Source: Sphingobium bisphenolivorans (GTDB lineage: Bacteria > Pseudomonadota > Alphaproteobacteria > Sphingomonadales > Sphingomonadaceae). From it: a DNA stretch of 32,000 bases. Made by a program: the position numbers and the translations under genes. The stretch lies in the NCBI RefSeq assembly GCF_000412635.1, contig NZ_ASTG01000006.1, positions 3,254 through 35,253 on the forward strand, read 5' to 3'. The notes under the pieces were generated by a model. That model saw only the letters and a program-made list of their open reading frames with translations. It made no database searches and had not been told where the DNA came from. Within the stretch, counting starts at the first letter, position 1. Every line of letters starts with the position of its first letter. Positions 7,263-15,255 of the stretch are shown one piece after another.

Positions 7263-8375
7263 TCAGGACGCTGCGAACTTCATCAGCTTGATCGCCTCCG
7301 AATTGGCGACCGCGCCGCCGATCCGCTTGACCGCATAGAAATGCACGAACGGCTTGTTGCTGAACGGATCGCGGAGGATGCTCGTCTCGCTGCGCTCTGA
7401 GACGACATAGCCCGCCTTGAAGTTACCAAAGGCGATCGAGAGCGACCCCGCCGCCAGATCGGGCATGTCCTCGGCCTCGATCACCGGATAGCCGAGCAGC
7501 GTCGCCGGCTGCTCTGCGGCCAGCGAAGGCTGCCAGATGAATGCGCCGTCGGTCGTCTTCATCTTGCGGATGACCGCCAGCGTCGCCGAATTCATCACGA
7601 AGCACGCCCCCTGCCGGTAGGGGGCCCGCAGGCTCTGCACCAGGTCGATCAGCTTGTCCGGACCCGCCGCCGTGAACGCACCCGAAGCCCCCGACGCCAC
7701 ATATTGCAGCGACCCGAATGCGCGCACGCTGTCCGCCTCGTTGGTCGTCGTATAGGTCAGGAAGCCCTTGGGCTTGTTCGTTCCATTGCCGTTCACGAAC
7801 GCCGCACCCTCTGCCGCCGCGAACTCGCGCGCAATCTCGCCCGCCAGCCAGCTCTCGACATCGAACTCAGCGTCGTCCAGCATCGCCTGGCTCGCCGCCG
7901 GATTGGCGTAGAGCTCGCCATAGGGCGGCACGATCTCGTTGAAGCTCGGCGTCGCCGTCTCCGTCCGTGCACCCGTCTCGCTCGCCCAGCCCGACACGAT
8001 GCCGCCCGACGTCACCAGCTTGCGATAGCCCGCCGATCCCGTGCGCACCACATTGGCGATGCTCCTGATCGGCGAGATGCTTTTCAGCGTCGCGTCGATG
8101 ATCTGGTCGATCTCGCGGGGCACCGCATAGCCGCCTGCCGTGCCGGACGCCCCCGAAAAGCTCTTCAGCTCCACCCCCGCCTCAAGCCCCTGCCGCAGAT
8201 AGCGTTCGACAAAGGCAGCGTGCCGCGGATCGGCGGCCCCGCCCTTCACCCCGTCCAGCGCCGGCCGCTGCTGCGCCAGCAGGCTCCCCTTCAGCGCGGC
8301 GACCTCACCCTCCAGCTCCGCGATGCGCTCACCCCGCACCACCGCGTCAAAGCTTGCTTCCAACTGGTCCGTCAT
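7263..8375 (-). CDS. GTA g5-like HK97-family major capsid protein
   Basis: 370 aa with an N-terminal coiled scaffold-like region ('IAELEGEVAALKGSLL'). The body contains motifs such as 'GSAGYRKLVTSGG', 'NKPKGFLTY' and 'FIWQPSLAAEQPATLLGYPV'. GGGAG SD 6 nt upstream. Confidence 0.95.
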   Translation of the reverse strand: MTDQLEASFDAVVRGERIAELEGEVAALKGSLLAQQRPALDGVKGGAADPRHAAFVERYLRQGLEAGVELKSFSGASGTAGGYAVPREIDQIIDATLKSISPIRSIANVVRTGSAGYRKLVTSGGIVSGWASETGARTETATPSFNEIVPPYGELYANPAASQAMLDDAEFDVESWLAGEIAREFAAAEGAAFVNGNGTNKPKGFLTYTTTNEADSVRAFGSLQYVASGASGAFTAAGPDKLIDLVQSLRAPYRQGACFVMNSATLAVIRKMKTTDGAFIWQPSLAAEQPATLLGYPVIEAEDMPDLAAGSLSIAFGNFKAGYVVSERSETSILRDPFSNKPFVHFYAVKRIGGAVANSEAIKLMKFAAS

Positions 8376-8389
8376 CCACTACTCCCACG

Positions 8390-8417
8390 AAAAAGGGCGG
8401 CCCGAACCGGACCGCCC
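8390..8417 (-). terminator. terminator-like hairpin plus U-tract between protease (g4) and capsid (g5)
   Basis: The minus strand reads GGGCGGTCCG-GTT-CGGGCCGCCC (10 bp including one G.U) followed by TTTTT (plus-strand A-run 8390..8394). It ends about 15 nt before the capsid ATG. Confidence 0.45.
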
Positions 8418-8446
8418 GCACAGAAACCTCTTGAGCGCCCAAGCGC

Positions 8447-8842
8447 CTATTCCACCGCGATCACCCGCGCCAGGGGCTGCATCGGGTGCGTCACCACGCT
8501 CACCTCCACCACCTCCAGGTCCAGCAGTTCGCGCGGCCCATGCCCCCGCGCAGCCCGCACCCGATAGCCGAACGAGAGCCCGTCCACCGCCTTCTCCCGC
8601 AGCGCCCGCGCCGCCTCCCGCCCCGCCGCCGTTCGCGCCGACACCCGCCCGATCACCCGCAGGCCGCGCGCATCCTCCTCGATCCGCTCGACCGTGCCGA
8701 TCGCCTCCCCCGGCCGATGCTGCCACAGCAGCGGCACCCCCGCCGCCGCTCCCGCAAAGGCGCCCGCCCGCACCACGTCGCCACCGCGATCGACCCGGTC
8801 GAACACCGCCGCATAGCCGGCGAAGCGCAGATCCCCGCTCAC
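8447..8842 (-). CDS. GTA g4-like HK97-family prohead protease
   Basis: 131 aa. 'FAGYAAVFDRVDRGGDVVRAGAF' and 'VDGLSFGYRV......LLDLEVVEVSVVTHPMQP' are typical of the family. The GTG start overlaps the g3.5 stop as GTGA (8839..8842). Confidence 0.85.
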   Translation of the reverse strand: MSGDLRFAGYAAVFDRVDRGGDVVRAGAFAGAAAGVPLLWQHRPGEAIGTVERIEEDARGLRVIGRVSARTAAGREAARALREKAVDGLSFGYRVRAARGHGPRELLDLEVVEVSVVTHPMQPLARVIAVE

Positions 8843-9159
8843 GCCCGCACCAGCCCCAGCAGCCCCAGCTTCACCGCCATGCCCAGCAGCAGCAGCGCCA
8901 TCACGATCCGCACGGCCCAGGCGACGACAGCGCCCCGCGCCGCCTTCTTGGCGTCACGCCAGGCGCCCAGCAGCTCGCGCAATTCCCGCACGTCGCCTTC
9001 AGCGCTCCGGTCGGCCAGCCCCAGCCGCTCCAGCGCCCGCCCGGCGCCCAGCTCGCTCGCCTCCTCGACCAGCGCCCGGATCATCAGCATGTCGCACCCC
9101 ACCGGCTGCGCTTCCGCCTGAGCCACCAGCCGGGCCAGCATCTCCCCATCATATTTCAT
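8839..9159 (-). CDS. GTA g3.5-like small membrane protein
   Basis: I trim track ORF 8839..9303 to ATG 9159..9157 (MKYDGEMLARLVAQAEA...), which overlaps the portal stop as ATGA (9156..9159). It has a C-terminal hydrophobic helix (VVAWAVRIVMALLLLGMAVKLGLLGLV). Confidence 0.6.
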   Translation of the reverse strand: MKYDGEMLARLVAQAEAQPVGCDMLMIRALVEEASELGAGRALERLGLADRSAEGDVRELRELLGAWRDAKKAARGAVVAWAVRIVMALLLLGMAVKLGLLGLVRA

Positions 9160-10295
9160 CGTGCCGCTCCCATCCCCAGCATCGCCCGCTTCTCTTCCCC
9201 GCTCAGGAAGTCCGCCGCCGCCACCCTGTCCCACAGCGCCCCGCGCTCCTCGGCCAGCGCCGGCACGGCATCCAGGTCGGCGCGCAGACAAAGCTCCGGC
9301 CACCAGCCTTGCAGCCCCTGCGCCAGCCCGCCGAAAATCTTGCCCAGCAGCGGCAGGATCGTCTGCCGCCAGAGCGCCCGGTTGGCCTCGCGATAATTGG
9401 CATAGGCATTGTCGCCCGGCAGCCCCATCAGCATCGGCGGCACCCCAAAGGCCAATGCGATCTCCCGCGCCGCCGCCGCCTTCAGCCCCACGAAATCCAT
9501 CTCGGCCGGCGTCAGGCTCATCGCCTTCCAGCTGAGCCCCCCTTCCAGCAGCATCGGCCGCCCTGCATTGGCCGCGCCGGAAAAGGCGACCTCCATCTCC
9601 CGCTTCACGCGCTCGAACTGTTCCGGGCTCATCACCGACCCGTCGCCCGGCTCATAGACCATCGCGCCCGAAGGCCGCGCGGCATTGTCGAGCAGCGCCT
9701 TGTTCCACACCGTCGCGGCATTGTGGATCGCCACCGCGCCCGCAGCCGCGCCGATGCATCCCAAGCCATAATGATCGTCCAGCGGATGCAGCGCCTTCAA
9801 ATGGATGATGCTCGTCCGTCCGGCGCTATCCTGGGGCGAGAGCCGCGTCACGCTATCCCCGACACGATAGAGATAGGCAGCCGGCCACCCCCGCCCGTCC
9901 GCCTCGACGCTCACCCGCTCGGGCCGCAGCGCGTATAGCTCAGCCGGTAGTCCGTCCGCCCCCAGCAGCATCTGCACATAGCCGTTGCCATGCAGCAGCA
10001 GATGGCTCGCCAGCGTCTCGACCAACGGCTGCCCCGCCGAACAATGGGTCAGCAGCGCGGCGATCTTCCTTCGCTCCCGCTCTTCCACGCCGGCGACCGT
10101 CAGGGCGGTCCCGCTCGCGCCCTCCGCCACCAGCCGCATCGCCCGCTGCGCCACCGGATTGCCCAGCACCGCCGCGCGCACCTGCGCCTCATAGGATGCG
10201 GGCCATTCGCCCAGCGCGACGCCGCCCGATCCCCAGGCGCGCGCCAGCACCGGCCGCGCGCCCCCGCGCGCCGCTTTCGTCCCGAAAAATTTCAT
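9156..10295 (-). CDS. GTA g3-like HK97-family portal protein
   Basis: 379 aa. 'LLLHGNGYVQ', 'RPERVSVE', 'HLKALHPLDDHYGL' and 'REIALAFGVPPMLMGL' are portal-typical. Confidence 0.95.
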   Translation of the reverse strand: MKFFGTKAARGGARPVLARAWGSGGVALGEWPASYEAQVRAAVLGNPVAQRAMRLVAEGASGTALTVAGVEERERRKIAALLTHCSAGQPLVETLASHLLLHGNGYVQMLLGADGLPAELYALRPERVSVEADGRGWPAAYLYRVGDSVTRLSPQDSAGRTSIIHLKALHPLDDHYGLGCIGAAAGAVAIHNAATVWNKALLDNAARPSGAMVYEPGDGSVMSPEQFERVKREMEVAFSGAANAGRPMLLEGGLSWKAMSLTPAEMDFVGLKAAAAREIALAFGVPPMLMGLPGDNAYANYREANRALWRQTILPLLGKIFGGLAQGLQGWWPELCLRADLDAVPALAEERGALWDRVAAADFLSGEEKRAMLGMGAAR

Positions 10296-10309
10296 GCAAA
10301 CCCCGCCAC

Positions 10310-10337
10310 AAAAAATCCTCCCCGCTCGGGGGAGGAT
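10310..10337 (-). terminator. canonical rho-independent terminator between the inserted small gene and the portal gene
   Basis: The minus strand reads ATCCTCCCC-CGAGC-GGGGAGGAT (perfect 9-bp stem 10315..10323 / 10329..10337, 5-nt loop) followed by TTTTT. It sits ~55 nt after the 10393 stop and ends 14 nt before the portal ATG (10295). Confidence 0.75.
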
Positions 10338-10392
10338 AGTGAAGCCCGGCGACGATCAGCCGCCTAACGAAAGATGGAAAGGGGCGACGCCC

Positions 10393-10734
10393 TCAAGGAT
10401 TGCGGGCCAATACCCGGTCGCAAGCCGCGTTCGTGCCCTCGCTCTTGCCGATCACCCGGCCCGCGACCGCTCCCGCCGCACCAGCCAGCAGCGATTCACC
10501 CAGGCTCCCGCCCGCCAGCGCCCCCACGCCAGCCCCGCCGGCCGCGCCGATCACAGTGCCGCGGTCGCGCCCTTTCTTCCCCTGAAGCAGGCAATAGCGC
10601 ACCTCGTCCCTATCCCGTGGCGCCGCCCGCGCCACCCGCGCGCGCTCCTTGCCGTTGAGCGAAGCGGCGAGAGCCGGGGTTGTCGCCACAGCCATGCCAG
10701 CCAGAACCATCACAAATTTAGCGCCCATTTTCAT
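10393..10734 (-). CDS. secreted/membrane glycine-zipper protein (non-GTA insert between TerL and portal)
   Basis: 113 aa. AGGAGGAG SD upstream of the ATG. Signal-peptide-like N-terminus (MKMGAKFVMVLAGMAVATTPALA|AS). Gly/Ala zipper 'GAAGGAGVGALAGGSLGESLLAGAAGAVAG'. Two Cys. Confidence 0.65.
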   Translation of the reverse strand: MKMGAKFVMVLAGMAVATTPALAASLNGKERARVARAAPRDRDEVRYCLLQGKKGRDRGTVIGAAGGAGVGALAGGSLGESLLAGAAGAVAGRVIGKSEGTNAACDRVLARNP

Positions 10735-10900
10735 ATCTCAAGCTCCTCCTAGATCGCCTGAATATACGCCAGGAGCCGCAGCGCAGTTCCGGCACCCCGA
10801 CACTCCCCCTGTTCCTGCGATCCGAAGAAGGCCGTCGGCCAACGCAGGAACCCGGCTCGAACGGCGGGGCGGGGCTCCTGTCCGCAGGAGCACGACATCC

Positions 10901-12247
10901 CTAAATTATCCGCACCCGCGCGTCCGACCACCGCCCCAGCATCAACTCGGTCAACGCCCAGACCAGCGCATCCGCCCGGTCCGGCGACCGCCCCGGCCCG
11001 ACATAGCCGCCGCCCATCACCATGCCGCACATCTGGTCTTCCAGCTGCCAGAGGGCGCCGCGATGCGCCACGCGCCCTGCCTCGTAGAGCGCCGCCACCG
11101 GCTCCGCCCGCGCCACCTTGCCCCGGCTCGCATGGACCAGCCGCACCGGCAAAGCGGCCTCCGCCGCCCGCAGCACGCTCTCGACCATCGCGCCGCCATT
11201 ATTGGCTTCAGCGACAACCCGGTCGGCACCATGCGCGACTGCCGCCGCTGCGACCGCGCGCGCCCAGCCCTCCGGCCTCATGCCCTCGACAGTAGCGTCG
11301 GCAATGACATAGGCGCGCCCGTCACCGCCCAGGCCAGCAACGACAATCCCGCAGGCATCGCCATCGGCGGAAGCGGGCGGGTCCACCGCCACCACTACCC
11401 GCGACAGCGTGCCCCCTTGCGGCACATGCGGCACCCGGCATCGCTCCAGCAGATCGCGGCTCCACAGCGCGCCCTGCACATCCTCGATCAGTTCACCGTG
11501 CAGCTCCTGCCGCCCGAGCCGCGTGCCGCCATAGCTGCGCTCCATCGCGGCGACGAAGCCGTCCGCCAGATGCGCCGCATTGTCCGCCGTCCGCCCCCGC
11601 GTCACCACGACATCCGCGCCGTCCCGCGCCACCAGCCCGCACACCAGCGGCACCGGACGCGGCGTGGTCGTCGCCAGCACACGCGGCCGCGCGCCCAGCC
11701 GCATGCCCATCATCAGATTGTCCCAGCACATCTCGCCCGCCGGCCATTTCGCGATTTCGTCGGCCCAGCCATGGCTGAACTGGGGCCCGCGCAGGCTCTC
11801 CGGCTCCGCCGCGCCGAACAGCGACGCGACCGCGCCATTGGGCCACAGCAGCCTGCGCAGAGCGGGCGAGAAGACCGGCCGGTTCCACCAGGGTGCCACC
11901 GCCAGGATTCCCGACGGTCCCTCCACCATCACGGCGCGCGTCTCGCCCAGCGTCGCCCCAACGATAGCGATCCGCGCCGATGGGTCATTTTCCGCGATCG
12001 TCCTGACCCATTCGGCGCCCGCCCGTGTCTTGCCGAAGCCGCGCCCGGCCATCATCAGCCAGATGGTCCAGTCACCCCCCGGCGCCAGTTGTTCCGGTCG
12101 CGCCAGCCACCGCCAGTCATGCGCCAGCGCCTCGGCCGCCGCGCCGTTCAGGCCGGCCAGCACCCGCTCGCGCTCCGCTTCGGGCAAGCGCGCCAGCCGC
12201 TCGAAATCCGAAAGGCTCCCCATGCACCCCTGCTCCTTTCGCCACAT
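10901..12247 (-). CDS. GTA g2-like terminase large subunit
   Basis: 448 aa. Walker-A-like 'MMAGRGFGKTRAGAEWV'. The nuclease half has 'VVVAVDPPAS....DACGIVVAG' and 'RVVAEANNGGAMV'. The start could instead be the ATG at 12223 (MGSLSDF). Confidence 0.95.
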   Translation of the reverse strand: MWRKEQGCMGSLSDFERLARLPEAERERVLAGLNGAAAEALAHDWRWLARPEQLAPGGDWTIWLMMAGRGFGKTRAGAEWVRTIAENDPSARIAIVGATLGETRAVMVEGPSGILAVAPWWNRPVFSPALRRLLWPNGAVASLFGAAEPESLRGPQFSHGWADEIAKWPAGEMCWDNLMMGMRLGARPRVLATTTPRPVPLVCGLVARDGADVVVTRGRTADNAAHLADGFVAAMERSYGGTRLGRQELHGELIEDVQGALWSRDLLERCRVPHVPQGGTLSRVVVAVDPPASADGDACGIVVAGLGGDGRAYVIADATVEGMRPEGWARAVAAAAVAHGADRVVAEANNGGAMVESVLRAAEAALPVRLVHASRGKVARAEPVAALYEAGRVAHRGALWQLEDQMCGMVMGGGYVGPGRSPDRADALVWALTELMLGRWSDARVRII

Positions 12248-12310
12248 TCTGCCTTATTTTCGGGCTCCGGCCCTTTTCGCGGCGCATGCCCCGAACCTAT
12301 ATGCCTCGCC

Positions 12311-12751
12311 ATGTCTTCGATCCGACCCGCCCGCGCCGCCGATGGTGCCCGCCTGCTCGACATCTGGCGCAGCGCCGTCGATGCGACCCATGATTTTCTC
12401 TCGGCGCAGGACCGCTTCGCCATAGAGCAGGAAGTGTCCGCCTCGCTTCCCAATGCTCCCGCCTGGCTCGCAACCGATCCCGATGATCGCGCGGTCGGCT
12501 TCATGCTGATCGACGGCACGCATATGGATGCGCTCTTCATCGATCCCGAATGGCGCGGCCAAGGGATCGGCCGCCTCCTCGTCGAGCATGGCCTTGCCCT
12601 GCACCCAACGCTTACGACCGACGTCAACGAACAGAATGAACAGGCGATCGGCTTCTACGAACGTCTCAACTTCGCCCGCACGGGCCGTTCGGACACGGAT
12701 GGACAGGGCCGCCCCTACCCTCTCCTCCACCTACGCCACGCGCCCGCCTAG
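12311..12751 (+). CDS. GNAT-family N-acetyltransferase
   Basis: C-terminal 146 aa of the spurious 700-aa track ORF, starting at ATG 12311 (MSSIRPARAADGARLLDIW...). Acetyl-CoA motif 'FIDPEWRGQGIGRLLVEH' plus 'NEQAIGFYERLNF'. Confidence 0.85.
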   Translation: MSSIRPARAADGARLLDIWRSAVDATHDFLSAQDRFAIEQEVSASLPNAPAWLATDPDDRAVGFMLIDGTHMDALFIDPEWRGQGIGRLLVEHGLALHPTLTTDVNEQNEQAIGFYERLNFARTGRSDTDGQGRPYPLLHLRHAPA

Positions 12752-12955
12752 ACCATCCGGCCTCGCGGCCATTTCGCCCGAACCATCTCCGGCGCCGAAC
12801 GCAGATTGCCTCTTCACATCTTGCCGCCTCACCCTCCCGCTCCGCTGCATCCCCGACAACCCTCCGCCGTTCCCCAAATATCGTCACCCCGGGCTCCCGC
12901 TGCCTGCCCCGTCGCGTCCAGCGCAGCGCAGGAGGCCTGACGCCGGAACATCCCG

Positions 12956-13537
12956 TCACCCCTCATCCTCACCCTTCGCCCGGACAGCCTCCAACGCCGC
13001 ACGCAGCCGCTCCACCGCGTCGTCCCCATCCGGGCGCTCCGCCTTTTCTCTCAGGCGCCCGGCTTCCCGCTCCACTTCAACGGCATGCTTCTCCAGCAGC
13101 AGCGCTGCGATTCGGTGAGGATAGCTTTTCCTGATCTTCCGGCTCTTCACCGCGCCCTCGCCATCCAGCACGATCTCCTCCTCCTCGACGCCGAACAACG
13201 ACTGCCGCAGCAACTGGGTCTGAAGTTCCGCATATCCGACATCCAGCGCCCGCGCCCATTCGCGCGCGAAGCTGCTGCTGCGCCGCTTGTGATAATAGGC
13301 GGTCGACAGATTGATCCCCGCCACCCGCGCCGCCTCGCTGACATTGCAGGTCCCCGCCAGCGTCTCCAGGAAGATCCTGTGCCGCTCGGGCGTCAGCCCG
13401 TCCTTGCGTCTTGCCCGCAGTTGCGGTCCGCTGCCGAAAGCCCCCAACTGGTTGTGCTGCAGGGTCATCGTGCGGTCCGGCGCATCGCTGGCCCTGCCGC
13501 CAAAGCGCGCCTTGTTCACCTTGTCCGTCATGCCCAT
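12956..13537 (-). CDS. HTH protein resembling phage small-terminase/DNA-recognition proteins (candidate g1/TerS equivalent)
   Basis: I trim track ORF 12956..13657 to ATG 13537 (or 13531, MTDKVNKARF), which follows a GGGGGG SD-like run. 'LTPERHRIFLETLAGTCNVSEAARVAGINLSTAYYHKRRSSSFAREWARAL' is the HTH pattern I associate with alphaproteobacterial prophage TerS-like proteins. The function is an inference. Confidence 0.55.
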   Translation of the reverse strand: MGMTDKVNKARFGGRASDAPDRTMTLQHNQLGAFGSGPQLRARRKDGLTPERHRIFLETLAGTCNVSEAARVAGINLSTAYYHKRRSSSFAREWARALDVGYAELQTQLLRQSLFGVEEEEIVLDGEGAVKSRKIRKSYPHRIAALLLEKHAVEVEREAGRLREKAERPDGDDAVERLRAALEAVRAKGEDEG

Positions 13538-13681
13538 CCCCCCGTCACCGAAAGACGAAGGGCCAGTCCTCTCTTCAAGGACCGGCCCGCACCGCCGCAT
13601 CAGCGACTCACATTTTCCAGTGTCGCCATCTTTGCCAGAACAGCGTGACGATGTCAAGAAAAATGTTCCAGATCGGTTAGT

Positions 13682-14329
13682 TCATGATGCGGCCATACGC
13701 TGGATCATGGGCTCCTCGGCCGCCAGGGCGGAAGCGAAACTCGGCCGCTCCATGATCTGCTGCAGCCAGCGTTGCACCTTGGGCCAACGCCCGTTTGCCG
13801 GCACCTCGCTGCAATAGCCGATGTTGATCAACGGGCAGGCAACCGCGATATCTGCAAGCGTGAAGCGCCCCTCCACCAGGAAGCCGCTGTCCGCCATCAC
13901 CGTTTCAAGATAGTCCAGCGCCCGGGGCAGAGCCTCTGCTTCAGCCTGCGCGGCCGCGTCCAGATCCTGCGGAAGGCCCAGCAGCGGAGCGACCATCCGA
14001 TGAAAGAATATCGCGCCCCCCGCCGGCTGGACGATGGTGTCGCCAAACTCCTCATACCAGATCGTCCGGGCTCTTGCCCTGGCTTCCGTCGGGATCAGAT
14101 TGGGCTCGGGGTACAGCGTGTCCAGATAGGTTATGATGGCGCTACTGTCGCTGATCAGGAAGTCGCCATCCTTAAATGCGGGCATCTTCCCGAAGGGCGA
14201 CGCTTCCTGGAAAATCTGACCGCCTTGGCCGAAGCCGCCGGGTTGCAGTTCCAGCTCGACGCCCTTCTCCGCCGCGAAGACGATCACCTTGCGCACAAAG
14301 GGCGAGGGCCCCGCTCCATACAAGATCAT
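13682..14329 (-). CDS. glutathione S-transferase
   Basis: 215 aa. N-terminal thioredoxin-like 'MILYGAGPSPFVRKV...GKMPAFKDGDFLISDSSAIITYL' and a helical C-domain. Confidence 0.9.
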   Translation of the reverse strand: MILYGAGPSPFVRKVIVFAAEKGVELELQPGGFGQGGQIFQEASPFGKMPAFKDGDFLISDSSAIITYLDTLYPEPNLIPTEARARARTIWYEEFGDTIVQPAGGAIFFHRMVAPLLGLPQDLDAAAQAEAEALPRALDYLETVMADSGFLVEGRFTLADIAVACPLINIGYCSEVPANGRWPKVQRWLQQIMERPSFASALAAEEPMIQRMAAS

Positions 14330-14377
14330 GCATCATTCCCCTTCTCATCTTGCGGTCCGCTGCCCGTGCAGCGGAAT

Positions 14378-15187
14378 TCATCCACCGTCGCCGCTTCCTG
14401 TGCTCGCCACGCTCTGCCGGTAATCGATCCTGATGCGGACCCAGCTGCCCACCATCACCTTGCCATTGACCCGGGGCGGCAACACGAGGAATTGCCATGC
14501 CGCCAGCCGGACCGCCTTGGCAAAGCCCGATCCCAGCGGGGATTCGCCCAGCGCCTGGCAATTTTCGACATGATAATTGTCCACCGTCTTGCAGGCGACC
14601 AGCCCCCACCCCGCGCGCGGTGCGTCGCTCGGCAGGTAGCTCGCCAGTTCCGTATGGGTGGGCCGTCGATACCATTCCGCCTCGAACAGCTGGACGCCGC
14701 CCGGCCCCTCTCCCGGGCCGGAAACGGCTGCACTGTTCCCCTTCCCGGGCGTACCTTCGCTGCCACCGCTTGCCGGCGCTTTGGCGATGTTGGCTGCGGC
14801 CATCTGCTGACTATCGAGCACCAGGAACGGCAGGGGCGAAGGCAGCTGCGGCAAAGGCCGCGCCACCGGCAGCAGCGGCCTCAATTCCGGCTTAACCAGC
14901 GGCTCCGGCCGTTTTTTCTCCGGGACCTGCCGTTCGGGCTCCTTCTCGCGCTTCTTTTCCTGTTTCTCGGGCTTTTTGGCCTTGCTCTCCGCCTTCTCCT
15001 CTTTCTCCGCCTTGGGCGCAGGCGCCATTTCGAAGGTGACCGGATTGCGCAGGTCGGGCAGCTGCACGACCGGCTTGGGCGCCAGCGTCAGCAACGCCAG
15101 CAGCAATAGTCCGTTGAACAGCAGCGCGAACAGCATGCCGCCGCCGCGCTCGCGCCATTTCGGTGTCAGGGGTTGTGCAAGGGTCAA
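14378..15187 (-). CDS. TonB-family energy transducer
   Basis: 269 aa with an N-terminal TM helix, a Pro/Lys/Glu-rich spacer (PAPKAEKEEKAESKAKKPEKQEKKREKEPERQVPEKKRPEP) and a TonB-C-like end ('ESPLGSGFAKAVRLAAWQF...G..V.GSWVRIRIDY'). Confidence 0.8.
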   Translation of the reverse strand: MTLAQPLTPKWRERGGGMLFALLFNGLLLLALLTLAPKPVVQLPDLRNPVTFEMAPAPKAEKEEKAESKAKKPEKQEKKREKEPERQVPEKKRPEPLVKPELRPLLPVARPLPQLPSPLPFLVLDSQQMAAANIAKAPASGGSEGTPGKGNSAAVSGPGEGPGGVQLFEAEWYRRPTHTELASYLPSDAPRAGWGLVACKTVDNYHVENCQALGESPLGSGFAKAVRLAAWQFLVLPPRVNGKVMVGSWVRIRIDYRQSVASTGSGDGG

Positions 15188-15255
15188 TTCAGCGCGCCGC
15201 TCGATTTTCGCAAGGGCTCATGCCCAGACGCCGCAGCGCCGTGAAGGCCGTGCGC

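Noticed and set aside
697-12300. Many long plus-strand ORFs across the GTA cluster (e.g. 697..1833, 2175..3230, 3237..4082, 3943..5169, 6049..6948, 8323..9396, and the N-terminal 550 aa of 10649..12751)
   Set aside because: They are antisense shadows of well-supported minus-strand genes in very GC-rich DNA. Their translations are Pro/Arg/Ala/His low-complexity, they lack SD sequences, and they resemble no family. Only the last 146 codons of 10649..12751 (the GNAT) are real.
13665-13683. LexA-box-like sequence GTTC-CAGATCG-GTTA(GTTC) upstream of the TerS-like gene at the edge of the GTA cluster
   Set aside because: The second half-site is GTTA at the correct N7 spacing, and the perfect GTTC is at N11, the wrong spacing. 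The site also overlaps the end of the GST gene. It is too weak to call without a PWM score, though worth including in a genome-wide LexA scan.
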